Virus record (IMG/VR): IMGVR_UViG_3300009187_000021
Coordinates: 24,947-88,946 of that record
DNA from: a virus
DNA: 64,000 bases
Reading direction: 5' to 3' (one strand)
Shown: piece after piece, positions 20,396 to 30,689 of the stretch
How the letters are laid out: every line of letters starts with the position of its first letter
Numbering within the stretch: the first letter of the stretch is position 1
The notes under the pieces: generated by a model
Seen by the model: the letters and a program-made list of their open reading frames with translations, nothing else
Told to the model about the DNA's origin: nothing
Database searches by the model: none
Program-made: the position numbers and the translations under genes

Positions 20396-23365
20396 TTATC
20401 CTAAAATTAGTCGTGTTCCGTTTTGTGTTGTAATCGTGTCTCCTACCTCAGTAGTCAATTCTGGATAGAAAACAGTACCCAATGAATTATATATGAACAC
20501 ATCATCCGACTGAATATCTCTTCCTGTAGAAATTAAAAGAGAATTGGCAGTGTTGGTAGCGATGTTAACAGATGGAGTAACAAAAAGAACGTTGTTCGAA
20601 TAACTGACATAAGTTACCGTTCCTTGATAAAAGATATTTGCACTATTGCCAACACGAATCTTATCTCCAGCACAGAAGATGTCTCTTACCTTAGTCAAAG
20701 GATACTTGTACTCTCCATTATTTATCAGATCATATCGTCCGGTTAGACTTGGAAGTGTAATCTTCGAAGACGAGTTAACTAAGTTTGCATATGCAACGTT
20801 TGCAAATCTGAGATATACATTATCTTTGATTACCGCAGTATTACTGGCATCACTAACAGATACGATTTCAGAGTACACATTTGGACCAAATTCATTATAT
20901 GTAAATGAAATTCTTGCACCAACTTTTGCAATATTAGAAAGAATTGCACCAGACAAATTAGAGAACTTAATTATATTGTTACTTGGATTTTCAAACGTCG
21001 CATACATCGCTGCATTAGATGCTGTCGTTCCAGTGTAGTACGACAATGCTTGACTATTTGAAACAAACGATTCACGGTGTACAATAATCTCTTGTGTGTT
21101 TGCTTTAATGGTTGTAATTGGTTTGACTTTTGTTCCTGCTGGATGCAGAAGTCTATACAACACAGTCCTATATGCTTCAAATGATTTTTGTACTTTGAGT
21201 TGATATGTAAAACTGTTGAAATCTTCACTCTCCAATACTTGAAACGAAGAAGGAAATCCATCTTCATTTAAATACTGCCCATTACCAATAATGATACCGC
21301 CAAGAAACTTTGCAGTTGCTTCTGCTAGTCCATTACCATATGTTCTAATACCATTCTTAAATACATATTCACCTTCCGAATCAACAGTCGTATATGACGT
21401 ATCAACATTCATATAAAGATTTGCAGAGTTACTTCTCGTTATAACTAAATGTCTATCTGTCTTAGTATTCGATGTGTAATTGTACACTCTGAGAAGATAC
21501 TTATCGTTTGTTCTTATTTCACCGCCTGATTGTATCAATTTGATCGAATCAACATTTGCTTTGAAGACACTAGTGTTTACATTAGCACCTTGGAATACAA
21601 TCTCACCTGTACGAGCGATCTTACTTCTATCTTCAATATTTGATACGATAATGTCACGAACTTTAAGTGATACTTTTGGTTGAGAGATGTAGTCTTCACC
21701 ATAATTTTCAATTCTAAATGAAATGATCTGACCGATACCTCTGGCATCCATGATTGGATTAATCTGTGCGCCTTCACCTAGAACAGTAGACACATATATG
21801 TTAGCGCGAACACCGTTCGCCGTTGCAACATTTAAAGTTGGCAACTTATTCTGAATGTATCCTAATCCACCTTTTGGATATCTAATCTGTGGATTTGTAT
21901 TTGCATAATTATAATCAATAGAAATGATTGTGCCAGATGCATTAACAGTAACAGATGCATTTGCACCAACTCCACCACTATAATCATTATTGGTGAATGT
22001 TACAAACTGACCATTAGCATATCCTGTACCACCATCACGAATCTTAATAGGTCCAAGTATACCTAGATTACCCAGAATACCTTTTGTCGTAGTCGAAGAA
22101 GTTGTATCGTATAATGATAATGGTTTAACCGTTGGCAATCTCTTGTATCCACTACCACCAGATTTCATCAATACGCCGCCGATCGGATACGTAGCGAAAC
22201 CTGTGAATGTGAATGCATTAGCAAGTGTACATGAAACTCTTGCACCACTATTTGCTGGGAATATGTTATATGCAGAACCAATAACTTGGTTACGGACAGT
22301 ATTGCTCAGATAGTCTTGTGGAATCCATGTGGTGCGAACTAATCCAGCAGGATCAATTGTTACTACGTTTGCTGCAGCACCTCTACCTCCACCACCTGTG
22401 ATGGAAATAAAAGTATTTGGATCCATTCTATATCCATATGATCCGTTGATCATATCAAGACGATCTAATGAACCAAGTGTAGTCTCATGTACATATGCAT
22501 TAGCAGAAATTGGATTTGCAGTATTAGGATTTAATCCACCATAGAATACAACAGGATCACCAGGATAACCAGATGATTGGCCAAGATAAAGTAGTCCGCG
22601 TCTATTTGGATTAACTTTGAGTGATGAGATTGAACCTAATACTTTTGCTCTCAACAGAGTTGCACCAGAAGTTCCTTCTGCAACGATTGCACCATTCTTA
22701 AAATAAAGATTCTGATTATTGTTGTCTACGACACGAATGAATTCACCAGATTGAAAGACACGTTCCACGGTCGAGATGTACACTTCGATGTTATCATCAA
22801 CTCTTCTCGATCTTTCGACTACTGCAAAAGACTTAGATGTTTCACCAAACAGTTTTAAATTATCTATTCCAAGAAACTGTCCGTCATTCGTATCAATCTT
22901 TAAACTTTTAGAGATGTACCATTTACCATCCGATGCACGAAGAACTGCTTCACCCGTAGGAAACAATTCAACATCAGAGTTATAGATTGCTCTAAAGATG
23001 AACTTGTATGCAGCAGAAGTACCTTTAGTGGAATAGAACTGCTTACCAATTTTAATTAACTTTGCTTTATCTGTCAAGCATTCTGTTGGAAAACTAGGCA
23101 GAAAATTATTAAAGAAGTAATCAATAAATCTATTGAAACTTGTTGGATCTTCTGAGAAATCTACGTCATTATAGTTGAGTAGATTCTGAGATCCATAGAT
23201 AGCACCCTCAGAGTTTGCAGAATCTTTTATATCACTTTGTTCTGCCCACTCGTAGTATGCTTTAAGAAAAGCGATAAACGTCTGATAGTTATTATCTATC
23301 CGAAGGAATTCAGGTAACTGAAACGGTACCTTAATCGATGGTTTGTTATTAAGATAAGTTGCCAT
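20396..23365 (-). CDS. gp7: Baseplate wedge initiator gp7-like protein
   Basis: QLPEF...FIAFLKAYYEW, FYSTKGT, LRASDGKW, LLHPAGTK motifs; directly downstream of gp6. Confidence 0.85.
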   Translation of the reverse strand: MATYLNNKPSIKVPFQLPEFLRIDNNYQTFIAFLKAYYEWAEQSDIKDSANSEGAIYGSQNLLNYNDVDFSEDPTSFNRFIDYFFNNFLPSFPTECLTDKAKLIKIGKQFYSTKGTSAAYKFIFRAIYNSDVELFPTGEAVLRASDGKWYISKSLKIDTNDGQFLGIDNLKLFGETSKSFAVVERSRRVDDNIEVYISTVERVFQSGEFIRVVDNNNQNLYFKNGAIVAEGTSGATLLRAKVLGSISSLKVNPNRRGLLYLGQSSGYPGDPVVFYGGLNPNTANPISANAYVHETTLGSLDRLDMINGSYGYRMDPNTFISITGGGGRGAAANVVTIDPAGLVRTTWIPQDYLSNTVRNQVIGSAYNIFPANSGARVSCTLANAFTFTGFATYPIGGVLMKSGGSGYKRLPTVKPLSLYDTTSSTTTKGILGNLGILGPIKIRDGGTGYANGQFVTFTNNDYSGGVGANASVTVNASGTIISIDYNYANTNPQIRYPKGGLGYIQNKLPTLNVATANGVRANIYVSTVLGEGAQINPIMDARGIGQIISFRIENYGEDYISQPKVSLKVRDIIVSNIEDRSKIARTGEIVFQGANVNTSVFKANVDSIKLIQSGGEIRTNDKYLLRVYNYTSNTKTDRHLVITRSNSANLYMNVDTSYTTVDSEGEYVFKNGIRTYGNGLAEATAKFLGGIIIGNGQYLNEDGFPSSFQVLESEDFNSFTYQLKVQKSFEAYRTVLYRLLHPAGTKVKPITTIKANTQEIIVHRESFVSNSQALSYYTGTTASNAAMYATFENPSNNIIKFSNLSGAILSNIAKVGARISFTYNEFGPNVYSEIVSVSDASNTAVIKDNVYLRFANVAYANLVNSSSKITLPSLTGRYDLINNGEYKYPLTKVRDIFCAGDKIRVGNSANIFYQGTVTYVSYSNNVLFVTPSVNIATNTANSLLISTGRDIQSDDVFIYNSLGTVFYPELTTEVGDTITTQNGTRLILG

Positions 23366-25473
23366 TATCTTTGAATTGCAGTAACAGTTACTTCTACAGA
23401 GGTTGGATCAAACTCATCGATTGTTAATATTCTATTATATTCTGATGTGAGAATAGTTGATGCAGGAACAGCAGATAACTTTAGATATCCAAATTCATTA
23501 TTAATTGCAGATGCAGAGAAATCTTTGAGTGTTACAATTCCATCATTGTAACTAATAGTTCCTGCGTTAGCGTTGATAGTTTCAGCAATCGCACCCTTAT
23601 AATAAAATGTTTCAAGATTACCAGTTGCAGAATCAAGTGTTGCGGTGGCCGATGCTAATTGTCCTGTCTTATCACTAATTGATGGTTTTATAGTAACTAC
23701 CGCATAGGTATAACCTAATCCTCCACTTGTAACATCAATTCTGATTACTCTACCATTTGCGAGAACTGCTGTTGCTTCGGCAAAGTCACCATCACCTTCA
23801 ATCGTAACAGTTGGTGTTTTGGTGTAATTAAAACCTTGATTAGTAACATTGATTGCCGTGACACTACCTACGATTTTACCATTAATTGGTGGAATCTCTC
23901 TGTAATATACACCAGTTCTTGTGACTGGTGCAATTAAAGCATTAGAACTATCGACTACAGTAATATCTGGCTCAGTATAAAAAGAAGACTGAACCATAAC
24001 ATCAGAATAATTACGTTTAAGTGGGAATCCAAACTTTGCTTGATATGTTGCATTAGAATTCAACACAGGATATAGTTTCTTCTCAACTCTAAGTTCTGTT
24101 TCGTTTGTTAAAATTGAAAGATCACAGTATTGAATTGCTGTGATTAATTGTGGCAATCTTAACGTAGCATTAAATGTGTTCAGAGTTGTCGTAGAGAAGT
24201 TTCTAATTACAGAGATAACCAATTGTTTAAGTTGTCCAGGTGTCAAAGTTGTCTTCTTTGGATCATATAACACAGTAGTTCTTAACTTGACGTATGTGTA
24301 ATCCGGATCAACAATCGTTGGCAATACTGTCATCACCGAAACTGGTTTGATAACATCGACAATCAACTTCTGTTTTTGTGATTCAGTTAATGAATATCCA
24401 CCAGAAGGTTTAATCGAACAGAATACTCTACCATATACTGGAGGATCATTCTCTTCACCACCCCAAACAGTAACCGATTGGATAGGTAATGCAGTTGAAT
24501 TCTTCTGAATCAAATACATATAGTCTTCTTTGGTAACCGCTCTACCTTGTGCAGAGTATGCTTTGGGTGCAGTATACTTGACAGAATTAATTGATTCTTT
24601 ATCTTTGCCTTCAGTTGCAGCAGAAACAGAAGATACTGATACGTTAGAATAACCACCCACTCTAGACATTATTGAGAAACTATTGGCACCAAATGAAACA
24701 GTACCGTCTGTTGCAACGTATGTGATATTGACAACATTATCATCTTTAAGTGCGTAGCCTAAAATTCCATCGCCGAAATAGATTTGATACTTTCCGTTTA
24801 GTCCTTCTTGTAAGAAGTAAACTTTAGTCGAAGGACCTAGTGCCAAGTAATCTGAAACTTGTGTGTATGTCTCAAATGTCAAATTAGTAGAAGACTCTTG
24901 TACATTAACAACAATCGTCGATGTATCGATTGTGGAATCTGGAATATCAAATGTCAACTTTGGATTCGTAGTCTTATTGACTGTGAAACTATATGATGCA
25001 GAAGTTCCTTGAATGATACTAACATCATCAAAGATTGCAGTATTCGCAGTTACATTAGTTGTATATGCATCTGTCGTAACAAAAGTATAGTTAACAGAAT
25101 CAATTGCTTCAGAAATGAATGGTGTAAATTTAGGTAATGTCAGAGACGCATCGGATACACCATTAACCGTAATCTTAACAGTTGCACGTGGTGCAGATGC
25201 AGAAGATGGCATATAGTTCAACAACTTCGCATGAGAAATTACAGAGTTTCTTTGTACAGCAGAATCGAGAAACATCTCATTTGCAACCATATTTAAATAG
25301 TATGCATTATATTGAGTGTTGTATGCAAGAAGATCGATTAGAACGGATAGTGCAGATGCATCATAGTTATAGTCTTTAAGTTTATCCTGTTGTTGCAGAA
25401 ACGTCTTAAAACTATCTTTAATAGAATTAAAGTCTAGATTGGTAATTTGAAGACCAGAGTTTGCTGATGCCAT
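23365..25473 (-). CDS. gp6: Baseplate wedge subunit gp6
   Basis: LDFNSIK, LLAYNTQYNAYY, EMFLDSA, IYFGDG, QGRAVTKEDY, VWGGEENDPPVYG. Confidence 0.95.
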   Translation of the reverse strand: MASANSGLQITNLDFNSIKDSFKTFLQQQDKLKDYNYDASALSVLIDLLAYNTQYNAYYLNMVANEMFLDSAVQRNSVISHAKLLNYMPSSASAPRATVKITVNGVSDASLTLPKFTPFISEAIDSVNYTFVTTDAYTTNVTANTAIFDDVSIIQGTSASYSFTVNKTTNPKLTFDIPDSTIDTSTIVVNVQESSTNLTFETYTQVSDYLALGPSTKVYFLQEGLNGKYQIYFGDGILGYALKDDNVVNITYVATDGTVSFGANSFSIMSRVGGYSNVSVSSVSAATEGKDKESINSVKYTAPKAYSAQGRAVTKEDYMYLIQKNSTALPIQSVTVWGGEENDPPVYGRVFCSIKPSGGYSLTESQKQKLIVDVIKPVSVMTVLPTIVDPDYTYVKLRTTVLYDPKKTTLTPGQLKQLVISVIRNFSTTTLNTFNATLRLPQLITAIQYCDLSILTNETELRVEKKLYPVLNSNATYQAKFGFPLKRNYSDVMVQSSFYTEPDITVVDSSNALIAPVTRTGVYYREIPPINGKIVGSVTAINVTNQGFNYTKTPTVTIEGDGDFAEATAVLANGRVIRIDVTSGGLGYTYAVVTIKPSISDKTGQLASATATLDSATGNLETFYYKGAIAETINANAGTISYNDGIVTLKDFSASAINNEFGYLKLSAVPASTILTSEYNRILTIDEFDPTSVEVTVTAIQR

Positions 25474-25868
25474 TATCGTGTTCGCTCTAAGATAAGATTG
25501 ACTGATGTTGTTTGTACATTATTACCAATATAGAATTCAATCGTTATTGAATATGCATTTCTATCTATGTCTTCGTCAATAGTAACCTGAACGAGACTTA
25601 CTCTTGGTTCATGGTTTGTTATAACTGATTCTATCTCAGTCTTTAATGTTGCCGCGGTGATTGGACTAATTGGTTCAAATAATAATTGTTCAATACCAGA
25701 TCCCAAATTTGGTTGAAATGGTCTCTCATAGTGTTTAGTCAGAAGTAAATAACGGACAGCCCGTACCACAGCCATGTCATCATAACTGAGTGCAATGTCA
25801 TTCCGACCAGGGGTTTTAGTAAAACTAAAGTCCAAATCAGAGTAAAGTTTTGTTAGTGTGGTTGCCAT
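25473..25868 (-). CDS. gp25: Baseplate wedge subunit gp25
   Basis: YSDLD, ERPFQPNLGS, LLFEP, EPRV, LERTR. Confidence 0.95.
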   Translation of the reverse strand: MATTLTKLYSDLDFSFTKTPGRNDIALSYDDMAVVRAVRYLLLTKHYERPFQPNLGSGIEQLLFEPISPITAATLKTEIESVITNHEPRVSLVQVTIDEDIDRNAYSITIEFYIGNNVQTTSVNLILERTR

Positions 25869-25872
25869 CTTT

Positions 25873-25880
25873 TATTTATA
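25873..25880 (-). promoter_or_regulatory. T4 late promoter TATAAATA
   Basis: Exact consensus immediately upstream of gp25. Confidence 0.8.
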
Positions 25881-25881
25881 C

Positions 25882-28800
25882 TTACCATTGTATTGGTCCA
25901 GAACCACCATAAAATCTATACACTCTATAACCTGGTCTTCCACCTGGAGTATCATAAGATAGTCCAGGACTGATTGATGATAGTGCAGTAAATGCTGTCG
26001 GATATGCAATAATTACAACTCCAGGTCCTCCTGCGCCAGCAGTACCTCCAGTACCATTTCCACCTCCACCACTTCCTGTATATGAAGCACCAGGATTTTG
26101 TCCACCACCAGAACCGCCTATACCTGATCCTCCTGAACCTTGAGTGCCTGGATCAATCTGACCACCTCCACCACCAGCGTAAAATATACCCGGTCCTGCT
26201 ATGCCTGGTGCAAGACCAGGTCCGCCAGGTCCGCCAAATGTAGTGTTTCCTCCTGTTCCTGCTCCACCAGCTCCTCCACCTCCACCTGATCCGAAGTTTG
26301 GATTAGTTATTCCTGGACCGCCTGGATAACCTTGACCTCCTATTCCTGGTCCACCGGAACCATCATAGTGTCCACCGCCTCCAGATCCTCCTGGTAATCC
26401 TGGTCCTGTGCCGCCGCCATCATTACCTGCTCCGCCACCACCACCAGTTGATGTTATATTAAAGAATGTTGATGGATTACCAGGACTACCTCTACCGTTC
26501 ACGCCATTTGATCCACCACCGCCACCTCCGACAGTAATACTATATGGAGTTCCAGCAGAAACTGATACTGTGGATGTTAACAATCCACCAGCACCACCAC
26601 CACCTCCTCTACCTCCTGATGCACCACCACCTCCTGCACCTCCAGCGACAACTAGATATTCAACAGAACTAGGTGCGGATTGTGATGTTGTTATACTATT
26701 GCTTGCAGAACTAGATGAACTATTACCGGCAGCATTAGTCGCATATACTGTGAATGTGTAGGAAGTACCCGCAGTTAATCCACTCACAGAAATAGTACCA
26801 GATCCTGCTTGAGATAGTGTTCCTGTTACACCGCCTGGAGAAGATACTGCCGTGTAAGATGTAATCGTTGAACCGCCATCTGACGCAGGAGCAGTAAAGG
26901 CAACCGTTGCAGTTGTTTGTCCAGTTGATGTTGCAGTGCCAATCGTAGGCGTACCTGGAACTGTATAAGGTGTTGCAGAATTACTAGCAGAACTTGCAGA
27001 ACTTGTACCCGCAGCATTCGTTGCAGTCATAGTAAACGTATAGGCAGTTCCATTAGTCAAACCAGATACTGTGATTGGACTTGTAGATCCTGTTCCTGTA
27101 ATATTACCGGGAGAAGATGTAGCAGTATATCCAGTGATTGTATTGCCACCTGTGCTTGCTGGTGCAGTAAATGTAACTTGTACAGCTCCACTGCCAGATC
27201 TTGTTGCAGTACCTATAGTTGGTGCACCAGGTACTGTGTATGGTGTTGCAGAATTACTGGCAGAACTTGCGGAACTTGTACCCGCAGCATTCGTTGCAGT
27301 TACAGTAAATGTATAGGCAGTTCCGTTAGTTAATCCAGTCACAGTAATTGGACTTGTAGATCCTGTTCCTGTTATACTACCAGGAGAAGATGTAACAGTA
27401 TATCCAGTAATTGCACTACCACCTCCGTCAGGATAAGAGAACGTGACTTGTACACTTTGACTTGCCGATCTTGTTGCAGTACCAATAGTAGGCGCTGCGG
27501 GTACTGTATAAGGTGTTGCTGAGTTACTTGCAGAACTTGCAGAACTCGTACCAGCATCATTTGTTGCGGTGATAGTAAAAGTGTAAGCAGTTCCGTTAGT
27601 TAATCCAGTCACAGTAATTGGACTCGTAGTTCCCGCCGCAATAATATTACCTGGTGAAGATGTGACAGTATAAATAGTGATTGTATTGCCACCATTGTTC
27701 GGCGCAGTAAATTCTACGTTAACTGCTTGGCTTGCATACCTTGTTGCGGCACCAATAGTTGGTGCAGATGGTAATGTATACGGCGTGGCAGAATTACTTG
27801 CAAAACTGGCAGAACTTGTTCCAACTGAGTTTGTCGCAGTCACAGTAAATGTATATGCAGTTCCATTTGTCAGACCAGATACTGTGATTGGACTTGTGGA
27901 TCCTGTCGCAGTAATATTACCGGGTGAAGAAGTAACGGTGTAACCAGTGATTGCGCTACCACCTGTGTTTGTTGGTGCAGTAAACGCAACTTGAATTGTT
28001 TGGCTACCAGTTCTTGTCGCTGTGCCTATAGTTGGTATACCAGGTACTGTAGTGGTTATATCTCCACCACCTGTAGTAGTACCCGCGATTCTTTGTTTTA
28101 GTTTATCTGTTCCAATTAAAGTGTTAACTAGATATTTTTCTGTTTCACCCATACCAGAGAATTTCTGTCCGGCATTTACTTCAGCAACAATAGATTTAGA
28201 TTGATTGAAGAAATTGACATCCGATGCCTCTTTTCCGGACATATATGTGTTTATTGTATTTAGATTTGTAGTAATCGTGGTAACTAAACCGGCAGAAAGA
28301 TTACTCTTTTTTAACATAATCTGTGGATCTGCTACATCAGGTTCATAATAAATTGTGTTTGCTATGACATTTGGATAAGTTCTAATAACAGTATAGTAAT
28401 CCGCAAGATTGTTCGCGGTATAAAGACTACTAAAGTTCCCAATCATAGGTGCATTATTTGTCACACCGTCACTTTGAAAGCACACATACGATAAAGTTCT
28501 ACCAATAGCTATAGCCGTTGAAAGATGAGGTAATGATCCAGTATCAGCATTAGGTTCAACCATTCCAGATATTCTATTGGTGTGTGCAATAAAATTATTG
28601 GCAGTATTAACTAGATTGTTTGAAGCATTAGCAACTGATGTTATACCAATAGTACCACTACTGTTTGCAAACACTTGTGTTGAGATGGATAAAATTAAAT
28701 TAGCAGAATTCGCAACTGGATTTTGATAGTATGCACCAGTATTACTACTAGCAATGTCTGAATATTGCCAATCACTCAATAATTTTGGAATAGCATTCAT

Positions 28801-28884
28801 GTGTTTAATCGTTGAGTTTGAGTACGATATTGTACTATTACTCAAATCAGTAGGAAAAGATAATCTACCAAAAATACTTGCCAT
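25882..28884 (-). CDS. Modular virion protein: about 270-aa N-terminal domain, five fibronectin type III domains and a Gly-rich C-terminal domain
   Basis: Repeats PxAPTIG...FTAP...GGxxITGYTVTSSPG...GLTNGTAYTFTVTATN; C-terminal VEYLVVAGG...GVVIIAYP Gly-rich domain. Confidence 0.8.
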   Translation of the reverse strand: MASIFGRLSFPTDLSNSTISYSNSTIKHMNAIPKLLSDWQYSDIASSNTGAYYQNPVANSANLILSISTQVFANSSGTIGITSVANASNNLVNTANNFIAHTNRISGMVEPNADTGSLPHLSTAIAIGRTLSYVCFQSDGVTNNAPMIGNFSSLYTANNLADYYTVIRTYPNVIANTIYYEPDVADPQIMLKKSNLSAGLVTTITTNLNTINTYMSGKEASDVNFFNQSKSIVAEVNAGQKFSGMGETEKYLVNTLIGTDKLKQRIAGTTTGGGDITTTVPGIPTIGTATRTGSQTIQVAFTAPTNTGGSAITGYTVTSSPGNITATGSTSPITVSGLTNGTAYTFTVTATNSVGTSSASFASNSATPYTLPSAPTIGAATRYASQAVNVEFTAPNNGGNTITIYTVTSSPGNIIAAGTTSPITVTGLTNGTAYTFTITATNDAGTSSASSASNSATPYTVPAAPTIGTATRSASQSVQVTFSYPDGGGSAITGYTVTSSPGSITGTGSTSPITVTGLTNGTAYTFTVTATNAAGTSSASSASNSATPYTVPGAPTIGTATRSGSGAVQVTFTAPASTGGNTITGYTATSSPGNITGTGSTSPITVSGLTNGTAYTFTMTATNAAGTSSASSASNSATPYTVPGTPTIGTATSTGQTTATVAFTAPASDGGSTITSYTAVSSPGGVTGTLSQAGSGTISVSGLTAGTSYTFTVYATNAAGNSSSSSASNSITTSQSAPSSVEYLVVAGGAGGGGASGGRGGGGGAGGLLTSTVSVSAGTPYSITVGGGGGGSNGVNGRGSPGNPSTFFNITSTGGGGGAGNDGGGTGPGLPGGSGGGGHYDGSGGPGIGGQGYPGGPGITNPNFGSGGGGGAGGAGTGGNTTFGGPGGPGLAPGIAGPGIFYAGGGGGQIDPGTQGSGGSGIGGSGGGQNPGASYTGSGGGGNGTGGTAGAGGPGVVIIAYPTAFTALSSISPGLSYDTPGGRPGYRVYRFYGGSGPIQW

Positions 28885-28894
28885 AATTTATTCC

Positions 28895-29731
28895 TTAAAC
28901 CATCGATGGAATAGGTGGACCTGTTGGTCCTTTAGGTGATATATGTATATGCGAGTCATAAAGTGTTGTATTAACTATGTCTGTCATCATAACTGCTGAC
29001 ATTGTACCAAAGTTTGCTAATGGTGCATTTACTGATGTTACAGCATTAAGAGATATACCTGCGTTTATCATACCAATACAATTTATCTGTGTAGGAATTG
29101 CAACAGGTATACCAATCGCCAAACCACCAGTTACTGATACAAAACCTAAAGGACCTGCACTAACTCCTGCCAATGCATCAATTCTTCCACTTGATGTAAT
29201 CTTGTCTGCCGTTATTTCACCATCGACGTTCAAATCACCTCTGAGTGAGATAACATCACCCGCGGTTAATTTAAGTGATCCTAATAGTGTTGCACCGGCA
29301 CGAATCTCCATATCATTCTTTGCAGTAATGTTTGCAATACCATTAACTAATTTAGAATAATTGCCACCAACTTTTAAATCATAATTACCCTCAACATACT
29401 CTGTCTTATCACCTTTGACATGAATATTAACATCACCCTCAACATTAATATTACATGATCCTTTAACTAAAACATTCTTATCTTGAATTGTAATTTCATA
29501 ACCATTACCATATACTTTATGCACTTCTGATCCATCAGGATGCATCTCAATAAAAGTACCTGTTCTATGTTCTATACGAACACGTTCTCTATTTGGAGTA
29601 TCATCCAATTGAATAGAATGACCAGATTCACCATTCCATGTCGCATTATATGGATACATTGGTGGGAATTCTTCACTCGCTGGCGATTCAGGTTCTGACC
29701 ATCCATCCCAAAAGTCTGGTTTATTTGCCAT
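28895..29731 (-). CDS. gp5: Baseplate spike gp5, C-terminal beta-helix fragment
   Basis: YPYN...ESGH..QLDDTP.RERV...HRTGTFIEMHPDG, VxGxxx beta-helix repeats, terminal HIH motif. Confidence 0.85.
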   Translation of the reverse strand: MANKPDFWDGWSEPESPASEEFPPMYPYNATWNGESGHSIQLDDTPNRERVRIEHRTGTFIEMHPDGSEVHKVYGNGYEITIQDKNVLVKGSCNINVEGDVNIHVKGDKTEYVEGNYDLKVGGNYSKLVNGIANITAKNDMEIRAGATLLGSLKLTAGDVISLRGDLNVDGEITADKITSSGRIDALAGVSAGPLGFVSVTGGLAIGIPVAIPTQINCIGMINAGISLNAVTSVNAPLANFGTMSAVMMTDIVNTTLYDSHIHISPKGPTGPPIPSMV

Positions 29732-29739
29732 TTACTTCC

Positions 29740-30687
29740 TCACGGTGGCGTAGTATTTGCTGAATCGAATCCAGCATTTAAACTAACATCTTGATTAACA
29801 TATGTGTCTGTGATATATGCTGATAAACTATCAACATTTGCAGTTGATGGTGAATTAACAACTGCAATTAAAGAAGCAGGAACATTGGCATCTGCAACCT
29901 TTTTGTTAATCACAGAGAGTGCTGCCTCTGATGCTAGGGCTATGGTTCCTACGACTCCAGACACCGTACTCGCCACTTCGTTTACTACGCTACCCACAAC
30001 CTGACTTGCTACTCCACCAACCGCTGCAGCAGTGGATGCGACCACTGCACCAGGTAGTGCAGCGACTTGTGCTGCTGCATTTTTAACACCATTTGTAAAA
30101 TTGACAAAACATTCTTGAATTAAAGCAAGAACTTTTGCCGGTAATGTTGTGATAAAGCTAATGATTTCTTGAATTTGAAATATCAAAGTCTCATACAATA
30201 TTGCTGCCGCTACATATTCAGCAACTTCTTTTAATTTTTCATTGATCAGTCTGATATATTTCTTTGCAACAGATACTGCTGATGATATTAATCCGGAAGG
30301 ATCAAAGTTTAGTGCTACGATAATTCCTTTGATTGATAGTCTAAATGCATCTATTGCCTGACCAATCAATGAACGAATAAGTGCGGCAGCAGCATTTCTA
30401 CTATCAGCAATCGATTTCTTTATCAGAGTTACTGGATTTTCAATTACACCTAGATTCAAATCTGTCGCTAGATTTATTGAAAACTTAAAGTCACATGAAT
30501 GTGCCAAATCACTATTAGTTTTTGCAATAACAGTACCACCCATGAATGATCTTGAGATTGGCGGTGTTGTCTGAGCACCAACTGCACTAAAAGATATACC
30601 ATCTGGTAAATATGGTATTAGAGTATTCCTAGTTTCAACTATTGTACTCTGAATTCCATTAATTGCACTGGCTAATGTTTGTGCCAT
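29740..30687 (-). CDS. Helical hypothetical protein between the two gp5 fragments
   Basis: Long ORF, amphipathic Ala/Ile-rich, co-oriented and closely abutting both neighbours. Confidence 0.75.
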   Translation of the reverse strand: MAQTLASAINGIQSTIVETRNTLIPYLPDGISFSAVGAQTTPPISRSFMGGTVIAKTNSDLAHSCDFKFSINLATDLNLGVIENPVTLIKKSIADSRNAAAALIRSLIGQAIDAFRLSIKGIIVALNFDPSGLISSAVSVAKKYIRLINEKLKEVAEYVAAAILYETLIFQIQEIISFITTLPAKVLALIQECFVNFTNGVKNAAAQVAALPGAVVASTAAAVGGVASQVVGSVVNEVASTVSGVVGTIALASEAALSVINKKVADANVPASLIAVVNSPSTANVDSLSAYITDTYVNQDVSLNAGFDSANTTPP

Positions 30688-30689
30688 AG

